Shown here: piece after piece, positions 40,901 to 52,900 of the stretch | Layout of the letters: every line of letters begins with the position of its first letter | Position numbering within the stretch: position 1 is the stretch's first letter | Origin: Azolla caroliniana | Taxonomy: Eukaryota; Plantae; Polypodiophyta | Direction: 5' to 3' | Assembly (NCBI GenBank): GCA_043228905.1 | Contig: JBHGNT010000014.1 | Coordinates: 16,988,001-17,052,000, forward strand | Length of the DNA stretch: 64,000 bases | The notes under the pieces: generated by a model | Seen by the model: the letters and a program-made list of their open reading frames with translations, nothing else | Database searches by the model: none | What the model was told of the DNA's origin: nothing | Made by a program: the position numbers and the translations under genes

Positions 40901-43900
40901 TGCCGCTGGTGACTAAGAACGCGCATTTCGCCGGTTTTAAACTCAATCGAGCTTGGCGACATCGGTCCAGGCAGAGTCGTAACTGGGTCATGTGTTCCCG
41001 TCGATGGCCATACACGGCGAAATCGTCGAGAAAGACTTGCATGAACGTCGGGATGTAGTCATGAAAGATTTCGGTGATGATGCGTTGGAACGTAGCCGGC
41101 GCCGTTTTTAGACCGAACATCATAACTTCTGCTACAAAAACACCCCATTCTGTGACGAAAGCGGTTTTCTCCTGATCCTTCGGGTGCATTCTTATCTGGT
41201 TATAGCCGCTGAACCTGTCGAGGAAACTGTAGCATTCGTGGCCGGCTACCGTGTCGAGGACGCTATCCGTGAATGGGAGAGGGAAACCGTCGGTGACTGT
41301 TGCCGCGTTAAGCTTCCGATAGTCGACGCAGACGCGGATTTTTCCGTTCTTCTTTGGGACCACTACGATCGGGCTCAACCATGTAGCCCGTTTAACAGGG
41401 CGAATGAAGCCCACTCGGAGTAGTTTGTCAATTTCCTCTTTGACTTTAGCGGCGTAGTTGGGGTTCATCCTGTAGCGCCTCTGCTGAACCGGCCGAGTGT
41501 CGGGTAAGATGTGAATTTGATGTTGGTAGTATTGAGGATCCAGCCCCTTCATATCGGTGTAAGACCAAGCGAAAAATCCTGGTAGTCGGTCAGTAATTTT
41601 ACGAGGCATGCCCGTTCGTCGGTTGGTAGATTATTGGCAATTTGTACCGTACGGGGATTCTCGTCCGAACCGAGGTTTATTGTTTCCAGGGTTGATGCTT
41701 TCACTCGTTGTGAAATGGCGAGTTCGTGTTCGAAAGCCTCCCGAGCATGACGTAGCTCGGCAACTGTGGTTGCATCTGGTTCATCCTGGGGTGGTGACTC
41801 TTCCGTGACTTCCTCGTCTTTAGATGGCTCGATGGTTGGTAAGGCATTGATTTCGAAGAGAGGGATGATCGTGGGATGATCATCTAGGAAGTCATTGACC
41901 TCCTCATCGGCCAACCCGTCAAGCATATGGACCCCTTCCGCGTATAACGGCGAAGTGTTGAGGGTGACGGGGACTCGTTCTTCAGTGATGATTCGGACTT
42001 TTGTCTTCCCTCTTCGGAACGAGATCATGTTGCGTTGCCAATGTTGCTTGATATTTGCTGTACGCAACCATGGTCGACCTAGTAACATTGGGTAGGTGCC
42101 TTGTGTCTCCAGTCGTAGCACTACGGCCGAGATCGTGAACATGTGGCCTCCGAGTCTGAAGTCGAGATGGCGGATTAACCCAATGGGGTGAACAGAGCGG
42201 GTGTCGGCCATCCGAAGCCAAAAGGGGCATGGTTCCCATTGATTCAGGCCGAGGTTGAGACACGTTGACTCGCTAATAACGTTTACGCCGGATCCGCCGT
42301 CGATGATGCATCCGTGCAGGTCTTGTCCCTTAATGATGATTCGCATGGCTGGGTTCTGAGAATCCATGAGTGGTGGACCAGTTCCTGCTTCGGTGAGGTG
42401 TACCGGTGGCGTCACGGGCTTAGTATTGGCCTGGAGTGCTGCCAGGGTGTCCCGAAATCTCGGCATGAGTGGTAGCAGTTTATGTAGGGGCAGCGAGATT
42501 CGGGAGTTGGTAAGAACATCCCATAGCTGGTCGTCCTCCGACGACATGGAAGGTGCCGAGGTTTGTGGTATTTCACTGGGCCTGTCCCTCATGTCAGTTT
42601 GCATGCGTATGGCATTATTTTTATTGGCCGTGTCGACCCATTCTTTTGCTGCCTGTCGTACGTCATCCTGGATTTGCCACTGCGTAGTCTGTGCTTTACT
42701 CCGGGTAGTGACCGTTTGAACATCGGCCATGATACTGTTCACCGCGGGTGCCTTGCCACGGTTGGTTGTCGGACATTGCGTGGCGTAGTGGCCTGGTTGA
42801 TTACATTTAAAACATGTCACGTTGGCCGAGTTGCTGGTGTCCGCTCGGTCTGTGTGTGGAAGTTGTTGTTGATCCTCGGTCTCGTTTGGTGGTGGGTTGT
42901 TCCGAGGTGCGTTGGAGTTGCGCTGGGCATGTTGAGGAGCGTCCCGTCGGCGGTTGTGATTAGGTCTTCTATCGTTGCGTGTGTTGCGGTTGCCGTTTCG
43001 CCGATCAATGCATGAGTTCCTTCGGTCATACCGATCATCGCGATCGTCATCGTATCGAGCATAATCGTCGTGCCGGTCATCGCGATAATAATCACGACGG
43101 TTATCACGTTGGTAGTCGTCGTCTCGGCGCCATCGATCCGGGGATCGCGGTTGGTTGTTATCTTGGTCTCGGTAGATATATCGCTCGTCCTGCCGAGAGT
43201 ATGTATTTCGTGGCTCGATCTGGCGGACCGGTGCTGCCGTTGTGCGGTTCAACATATTATATTCGCACTGCTCGACCGTGTGAGCTCGAGACTGACAGAT
43301 CGGACACTATGGTCGGTGGGGACATTCGAGGGCCAGGTGCCCTGATCCTGAACACGCAGTGCATTGGAGGGCTTGGCGAAAGCGATTGTCCTCTTGGGGA
43401 AGAGCGTTTTGCAAGGATGTCATCGAGAAAGCCGTGCCGTGCTGGTTCCGATCGAGAGCGAGAATGTGCGCTATGACTTGTTTGATAGTATGGTTGGCGA
43501 AATTTGAAAAGTGCGAGAGTTGTTCGTAGAGGCTCTCTTAAACTGCATAGGAAAGTGTCCGGTATATGTTGTGCCGAGACATCATCGACCACTTGTCTGT
43601 AGAGATCCTGGAACCGGATCATGAACTGCGTGATTGTTTCGTGTGGTTCCTGGCATATAGCAGTTCCCGTTTAGGCACCTCGCAATGAAAAAGTTCAAGG
43701 AACTTTGTGCGCACGATTTGGAAAGTGGTGGCCTCTCCTATTTCGAGGCGAGAGTACCATCGTGCGGCCGGTCCACCGAGGGAGAGTGTGAACTCGGCAA
43801 TCTTCGAGGCATCGATTTTGGCCGGCGTGAGGCGGTGCGTGGAGTGGTTAGCCTGCCACGTGGATATGAAGGCACAGACGTGTGACTCCGCGTCTGGTCC

Positions 43901-46900
43901 GTCGGTATATCGTGGGTATGGGTACGGCATGATGTCGTACTGTGGGTCTTCTGGTAGCACCGGAAAAGGGTTTAGTTCCGGTTGATTGACCTCCGGAGGG
44001 CTCGACGGGGGTTTTGGTGGTGAATCAACTCGCGATCGAGTGTCCGGTGGCGAGGATTGCACTGGACAAGCCCCCGATTGATTGGGAAAGGATTGGTTAG
44101 TGACCGCCGAGTCGGAAGTTCCTTCGACTGGCTCAGGGCGTCGGGCGGGTGGCCGAGACCTCGTGGTGCGAGAGGGCGCCGTAACAGCGTCTGGTGGTTA
44201 CCTTCAGCGAAGTTCGCTGTGCACTCACAGCTGTCACCGGGCGTGCCAAATTGTGTTACCCGTTCCTTTGGGTGAACACCTTCGATAGATCTGCGTGTAT
44301 CGGTCTTCAAGGGCGTGGTACGTGAAGGCTCGTAACAGAGGTGTCAAGAGAGATACAGGGCTCAGAGAGAAGACACTAGCGAGGTCTTGATAGACGTGGC
44401 AGTGTAAAACTCATAGGTAAGGATCAAAGCACAGACTCATGCAGCAAAAATAGGCACAAATCAGATATATTACTATGACAGAAAAGATTACAGAACACGG
44501 CCTATGGCCGGTGACCTTACGAGTTTATCTAATTACGAATGACTAAGCTAGTGCTTCCGCCTATAGTTTTCTTCTCTCCCTCTCTGAGGTACTGCTCCTC
44601 GTTTAAATAACTTTTCCCCTAATACACAGCCGAGCCGTCGGTGGCCCGTGATACTCGGACTCGGCGTTTGCTAATTTCCTAATTTTACATTTCTGTCCTC
44701 TGGACAACATCCAAGAGATAAGGAAATTGAAATTTGTCGTGCACACAGGCCCTGGCCTTGTGGACCACGATATCACCACCCTGTCATGGGTGGCATTATC
44801 TCCTGCCATTGCAGGTGCTTTTCTCACTTCAGAGATCTCTTCATTTGGATTGACGTATACCAGTGATCTTTTGAAGACAAAAATTACAATTTATCTGACT
44901 TGAGAATCTTACATATATCCATAACGAGATTCTTTAGTCATGTTCGATTTTTACTTGTTTCCTTAGTGAAATTTATTTTGGTTTGTTGTCAAAGACAAGA
45001 ATAAACTTCTGTTTGGTCTTGTAGGCCTTAAAAAGACGTTGATATAAATAGCTTTCTGAAAGCTTTATTGTAGAGAAAGGAGTAGTATAATCCAAGATAC
45101 TTTGTGCCATCTCTCCTGAGCGTTAATCAGGAATACCCAGATTTTTAAAATAGTAGAGCTCCAGTGCCAGACGACCATTGCATCATGTATACATGTTGAC
45201 AAACTGCAGACTATTTGGGCAATGTGTAGAGAGGCATAGAGATGTACAGATAACATGCGATATTTTTTTACATATCATGTACTGAATGAGAGGCTTTTAG
45301 TTTACCCTCCATCTTGTTGAAGGAAATGTAGTTGAAACACACTCAATATTAAATAGATATGACATTTTTAAGCTGTATGTACCAGCTCTTTGATTAAAGG
45401 TTACTACAAAGGGTAGTCTTGTGATAAGCTTAAGGAACTAAATTAAATTTGCTAATTATGAGTGGGTGGTTGCTGATTCTTAGACTTTTGTTGCAGTTGC
45501 TTGTCTGCTTATGGAAATAAGAAGGAAGGGAATACTCTGGAAATCCGGTATGTTGTTAAAATTTTGCAAAGGTTCTCTGCCACAAATGAAAAACAGAGAT
45601 TTCTATGCAATCTTGGAGTATATCTTAGCAGATGGTTTTCCAGATTATAGAGGTACTTTTTGTCCTATTTTGAGCAAAATATTGGTAGTTAAAATTCAAT
45701 ATCTAAACTCTGGTTGGTCTGATGCTGTTTTGCAGGAAATACGAAAGTAATATGCAGGTATGCAACTGTGAAATTAGAAGTTCCTATATCAAGGAACCAT
45801 TTTAGATGACAATTTCATGTTTTATCTGATGAGGTATCCAGGCCAATGGAGATTGCTAAAGGTGATGGTTGCCATGTGTCCCTAAATCTGAATATGTTCT
45901 CTTTGCGCAAGTCAGTGGCTCTCTCAGTTGATCTTCTGAGTCCAGATAAAGTAAATTGGCCTACTTGAGCATTTTGCTTTTCCATTGGAATGATTATTGT
46001 ACTTTTATAATGGAGGATGTTTAATATATTGTAACCCTTGATAGGACATTATTGGCTGTATTGCAACTGGGTTTTGACTATTGAATAGACAAATGTGAGA
46101 GGATGGTCCGCATACTTGAAGGTTGGTTTGGTGGGAGGATCCAGGTAGACTTGCACATATGGGGTGATAGACTAGTTGGAATCAAATGAGTTTATGATTG
46201 AGGTCATTGGGTGTGACCTATGTTTTGCGACAAGCATTGCTTCTAAGACTTCTGGAAAGAAAAAAGGTGCAAAAGCTGTAGGAAATGTTGTCTCGATCTA
46301 ATGTTCAGGTTGAGACAATTTGGTGTTAGCTTGTGTTTATCCTCGTCTTAGAGTTACTCTTTGTATCAGTGTGTTGAGGGGGTATCTCAAAGGTGGTTAT
46401 GTTAGTGATAAACTTTTCTGCCGACAAGTTCAGATTTCGAAGGCCAGAGTTAGTGGATGAGTGGCCAGTCTAGACAAGCAACGTTTTGCTGAGATCAGGG
46501 TTACTAAGGGTGAGATATATCTGGAGTAATTATGTGCCCAGTGTACAAATGCATGAGGTCAGGATTTCGAAAGATGCAACATGGTTGTGTGTTCATTTTA
46601 ATACTGATCTCTGGCTATCTTCCCCTGTAGCCGGAATGTAGCATGTTCCTGACTTGACACGTTTCCCTTTTAATTCGCATTGTCTGGTTTCTTGAAATTT
46701 GTGTTATCTTTTTGTACACTAATTCCCTCTCCTTTCTCTTTCTAGTGTGAAATCCTTCACGAGGCAGAATGGAACCGTGTCAAAGAAAATAAGATGCTTC
46801 ATACACCTGGCCGAATTGACATTCTTGATTCACAGAGGCTTAAAGGTTTCGGTTTGGATGGGGTAACAAAATAACAACCTACATTAATGAATAAGTATTG

Positions 46901-49900
46901 TCTGGAATTTAAATGCTCACATGCTCACATTTATACATCCATTTTGTTTGTGCGATGTCTGTTGTCACCCTCACATTCTGAATAAACTGTGCAACTTGAG
47001 CTATTCCTTGATGGTTATAATCTTTGCTTGTTCTTGACCTCGTTAAAAGGCTCAATTGTAAACAATGATCACAATAGTGATATTCTTCTTTAATAAATAA
47101 AACAGAACTTCTGCAGAAACAGAATTTTGTCCAGTAACACATTTCATTTAGTGATTACAAATCTCTATTTGTGTTGGAACCATCAAAAAAATCATTTGAT
47201 AAAAATGACTAGGCAGTTACTCTACCTGGATTCACACTAGAGACATTCTACAAAATCAAAATAGATAATCCTTCATACCTTATGAAACATAGCAAGCATG
47301 TAAGATTACCCAACTGAAAACTAGGTATTGAATATGGGCTGGATTTAGAAAAGTGAGGTGAGGTTGGGGATTTATGGTATAGACTTAATAAGAGTAATAA
47401 GATTGTGAGGATTTTTAGCAGGTGTTAGCTAATTACCTTGTTTTGTTTTTTCCAAGAAAGATACTACATTATTAGTAAAAAATGAGGCTGTACTTGAAGT
47501 ATGTACATATAGGTAATGACCTCCATGCTAAATTCTAACTGGCAGCTTAAATAACCACTTCGGTGTACAGTAGAACCACTCAACCTTGTCCGAAGTGACT
47601 ATCAAGTATTCCTTTGTCCCATATGGCATGAAACTCCCAATTGTTGTAATTCTGCCCGCCATGTATTACCATTCTGTTATCCAAAGAACCTTTGAGATTA
47701 TGCACAATCTCTGTCCAAATCCCAGAAATTATATGGCCAGGTCTTTCAGTAACATTTTTGAATGCCTCCAAATATACCAAATTGCGATACTACTTACCAA
47801 TGCCATATATCAGGTTTACCAGTCTCTATTTGTGGATTCAGAGGTATAATTGTTTTTTGCATCAGACCATGTCTCATAACAAGAGCATTTGCCACACCAT
47901 CTTGTTCATATACCATTGGCTGATCTTGTACCACCGTCCATAATACTGCCTGCCATGTATATACTGCTTGAGGATATAGTGGTATCAACAACGTTACGAT
48001 ATTTCCATCGCAAACTCACAACTGCACAAACAATGCTTAGCAGTCTCCACTAGATTCGTACAAAAAGGGCCTTTTTTGCCATCCATTAACTAAGAATCAA
48101 CAACTATTGAAAACAGACAATTTTCCTACTCATTTTTATGCCCCACAACCATGTCCAAAATTGCTTGAGATGTTGTGGAGAAAGTCTATTCCGTGTCTAG
48201 AAAACATGTGGCTGTTTCCTTCCATAACCTAGCGCCTAATATTTTCCTGCAAATCTTCACAGAATACTAAAAAAAGAACCGACACTTTCCAATAAACTTC
48301 TCCAAGATCCCAAGTCAAATCGAGACACTGAAGTTGTAATCACTTGTTGGTATTATAGGCCATTTTGGCCTCTGAAAAGATGTTAATATATCTTTCTTTC
48401 TCTCCATAATCTAGAACCTCCAAATAATATTCACCTTTTGTGGATCCGGATCTAAACCCATTTTGATCCATCATTACCACCCTCACTGCAAACAAAAACT
48501 AATAAAATTAGTTTCCGTATGTGTGAAAGTTTACCTACCATCATCATGTATATTGAAAGTCCTAAAAATGTTTTGTCCAGTATAATCTCTTATTCCAATC
48601 AAAACATCCAATGAAGTAAATAAAGCTAACCACTTCTATGTAGAAGGTCCAAAATGCATCTGAATATTAGAAAGGGTGGCTTGTATTGCAGAACACATTG
48701 TCTTTCCGCACCTTATGTTATTAAGAGTTAGCATTCTTTGATCTTGTATAGCAATCTTTGATGTTATTACTTTGTTTTCCTCTATTAAGATTAGTATTTT
48801 TTTCCAAAAAAAGATTAGTATTATTACTATGCTTATTGTTATTATTATGTGTAGTATGCAAGCAAAACTAGTATAGGTTATAAGATTAATACATTGCTTT
48901 TTGTGTCAAGCCATGTGTCTCTCTGAACTCTAACTCTAACTTTTTGTGTCAAAGTATTATAATGATCTCTAATCTTATCTCTTCCTTAAATCCCATTGCT
49001 ATCTTATTTCTTTTTTAATCCTATTGGTAATCTTAACCTTAATCTCACCATCTTAATCTTAATTTCACCATTAATCTTCCATCATCTCTCTACGAACAAG
49101 AACATCAATACCAATAATAAAAGACACTGAAAAGAGAGGCGTGTTAAAGTGTTTTATTTCATTGTCCCTTAATCGCATTTTGCAAAGACACATGAAACCC
49201 TAAACTTTCATTCAATTTAATGGTCATTGGAAGATTTCCGAACCCTACCTAATAAATCCATAATTGATACACTATAGGTGATCAATCATTATCTATACAT
49301 CTGATAACATTTGTGCAGGACCTTCAAATGCACATAGTAACACTCAAAGATGTAAATGATCTAAATGGACTTGCATCACTAGCGATCGACAAGCCACCAA
49401 TGATCTGAATCTGAACATCTTTTCGAACTTCCAGTTTCTTTCAACAATAACATCCCATGCCAACTAAACGACTAGCAAGCTAAAACTTTCTTGGTTTTCA
49501 AGCATCATTTCTCCTTCTTTAAATGAGCATATCCATGCTCAGTCTGATGAAACAACTTTAAAGTCAATGCCATTACTCCAAATAGTCTTCAATGTGCTAC
49601 CCTTAAAGTGAAACAATACACCAAAACTACTAATCACCCACAAGCTGTTGAAGTTCTTACGACTTGATATATCACTCGATGCTGCATTGAGCTGACCAAC
49701 CTAGAGGTTATAAGTTGTAATTATTATCCGAGAGATTGTATCAGTATGAGTATAGGTATTGTCTTGTAAAGGTTAAAAATCCTCTCCCATATGGTTTGTA
49801 ACCCTCTTTTCTACCAGACTCATTATGAATATGTCAAAATTTGTCAGCTCAGAGAATGGGTTATGAGCCAGGCATTATGTTTCTGTGATAGGACTTAAAT

Positions 49901-52900
49901 CCTAATTATATGAGATAAGCATATATTCTGGTAGTATCACTTCTGTAAGTAAATATTTTCAAGTGTTTTCAGTATGTTTGTACTGTGCAGGGTCTTAAAT
50001 GCCAAGTAAAAGCAGGAACAAAACCATTCAATCAGATATACGCTGTCGTGAGATCTAAGCAATTCGTAAAGCAACAGAGAGATGGAAAGTGCTTTAGCAC
50101 AATAGAGCAAAAGACCATAGTGAAAGTATCAATGCAAATGAAATTGAATATCAAAACAAAAATTTCATCAATCACTTGTAGTATAGGAGATGGTGCTTCT
50201 GAACAAAGGGATCTTGACATCACTGTAATTGTAGAAGAGCGGGCTGTCAAAGGCATTCATGGATTTTATTCTTTCAATATAGACTCTGCAGATTTTAAGA
50301 AGTTTTACACAAAGGCTGGGCGCTATATATTCACCTTCTCCTTGGTAAGTTCAGGAATGCTGACATTTGCTACAAAGTGTAACATAAAATGTACAGGTAA
50401 ACTGAAACTCAGTTGCTGCTATAAATTCCAGAATTAATTTTCACCCATATTGGAAATGCTGGTATTTAATTTTCATGTAGATTGAACGATCCTGATGTTG
50501 TGAAATCTTTGGAATCTGCTTGATTTGTAAAATTATAAATGTTGTGATGGATTCATTCATAGGTATGGATGGATGCTTCCTTCTGAACAGTCATAATTAA
50601 CCTATCCTATGGACAAGTTTTAAAAACCTTCAAGTGTTCAGGAGGTTATCATTCTTTTCAGTTTGTTCACTCTCCTTGTCCTCATAGTTCTCAAATATGG
50701 TACAACACTTTGATGTAATCTCTGGTTTGGACTTACATGTTGGCCTCTTAAAAGACGTTAATATGTATCTTTCTTTCTTTCTTTCTTCTTCTTTCTCTCT
50801 CCTTGTGCTCATAGTTCCTGTAATCGTTTTATTTTGGATGCAAACAATTTTCTTATTTATTTTTATTTTTATAATTGGTTCATATTTTTTGTGCCCTTTC
50901 AGAAAATAGGAATATTATGGCTGTCTTTATATAGAATATTTTACTGTTTGCTTTAGTTATGCGCATTATCTATGATCACCTTGTGCATGTACATTATATA
51001 AATTCCCCATTCTAACTGGATAGAAAATTCTTGTCATCCATTCTTATTGATGAACAGTAAATCACTAGTGGCTTGTGATTGGAAACCACACCATTTGAAT
51101 TGGATGTCTACAATATAGAATAGCTATTGATTCTGTGTTACTATATACTGGGTCTGATTCTTCTAGTTGTCTGTAGCTAAATAGACAACAATTCTATATA
51201 TATATTTTGCTTTGTACATATTTGCAGATAGACGATGATGGGGGGGTGGTATTAGGAGAAATACTTGAAGTGCTTGTTCTGCCATCTGATACTATTGGAA
51301 AATGGATGCTATTGCTTGAGACCTTCCACTCATTAGAAAATTATGCGAACATTCCAACTGTAAGGTATAATATAGAGGTGTTACATGAAGATATATTAAG
51401 GTTGAAATTGTTGCATTCGAGTCTTGTGATGCCACCTGTTAAAACCAGCATTCTACCATGTTCAAGAACTGAACTATAATTTTCAATGTACCGAAATCTA
51501 ACTAATGTATTTGAAACTATGTATGAAAGAAAGATAGAAAGATATATTTACATAGAAACCAAAATGGCCTTTTAAAGAATAAGAGATTGTCTTAAAATGT
51601 TGTATTGTTTTTTAGAGAAACCAACCAAAATAACAAGTTATCTAAGAACTTAAGTATCATATATGAAAACAAATATACAGGTTCCTGATTCTTGGATTTG
51701 AGGTTGCTATGGAACTTCTCAAGTGCAGGTTAGGATCTCAAATCGGTCCACTTTCAGTTCGATGCTTTGATGAGTATGGGAATCTGAAAGAGATGGATGA
51801 TCCTGTGGATATTAAATTTGAAATCTGGCGCAATAGGAGACAACTTCACATTGACTTGGTGGTGGTTGGTGTCTCATACGAAGGGGATTTAGTCACCATA
51901 AAGGTTGGTAGGGTTCATGTATGCATGCATCTTTGTAGAGTAACAAATATCAACAAATGTGCTACATAGTAATTTGTGGTAAAACAGGCTCTGAAGCTGA
52001 CCAGAGGGAATCTAAGTTGGACTGATACCACTCTCTCATCCTTAAGACTGGTCATTGGAGATGAATATGTTTCATCAATGGATATAAATGGTAAGTTAAT
52101 TTTGTTTTGTGCTACTCATGAACCACAAGAACGCTGGTTTGAAATCAGGAGATCCCAAGGTTCATTAGGCTTTTTTAACATGGAATCTCTCTGCTTTATG
52201 AGGCAAAAGATTGTCCCACATAACACCAAACAGGTATCTCAATCATAGCATTACAAATTTTAAACAATTAGAGGCAGAAATTAAATGCACACACACTGGA
52301 TCCAAATGTTTCACTTTCTTAGATCTGATTTAACCTCCAGCGATGATAATAAAAGCTATCTATCTGCTATAGTGCCATCTCATGTAGAATGCAGCATTGG
52401 GCATCCTCATATTTGACCATTATAGGAATTTCTTATGCTGTTCATTAGCTTGAATGTTTGGTGGTATAGCCTTACAAAACCTCAAAGAAATCTGAACCAT
52501 GATAAATAGAAAATTTGATGTCAAATTTCTGCAAATACCCTAAAGTCTCTTAACGTCTGGATTTCTGATATTCCATCATTTTGCTAAACTAACGTGTTGT
52601 GATTTCAACACATCTTTATCTAGTTTTACCGGGGGAAATGAGTTCCATTGAAGAAGTGAAATGTCAAGAACTTGAAGACTGCCTTAAGACAGATGACATA
52701 ATCAATATTTATACCTTACAGGTATGTTTGCTTATGTGAGGTCAGATCTGTAAGGGAAAGTAAATTACTTACATTTCACTGTGGCTTCAAGGTCATTGAT
52801 TGCTACGGTAATCATGTGGAGAAAGGATGCAAAGTTCTTTTTGAGTTTAAAGGCTTACAATTACAAGATGGACAAGAGCTGGAACGAATGGTACATTCTC

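Larger units (their letters stand above)
29608..44709 (-). mobile_element. Athila-like Ty3/gypsy LTR retrotransposon with extra 3' ORF and nested Copia
   Basis: 456-bp TG...CA LTRs (29608-30063, 44254-44709; about 10 differences by eye), TSD TCCAG/TCCAA, tRNA-Arg-type PBS at 44235-44248, gag-PR-RT-RH-IN on the minus strand, no extra RNase H seen. Confidence 0.95.

Noticed and set aside
46050-46700. Possible decayed TE fragment in intron
   Set aside because: No motif or boundary could be supported by eye; the same applies to 49100-49700.
52792-52890. Apparent frameshift in exon 28 suggested by the ORF track (52781 ORF)
   Set aside because: Recounting shows the exon is open in the correct frame (VIDCYGNH...ERM, 99 nt).
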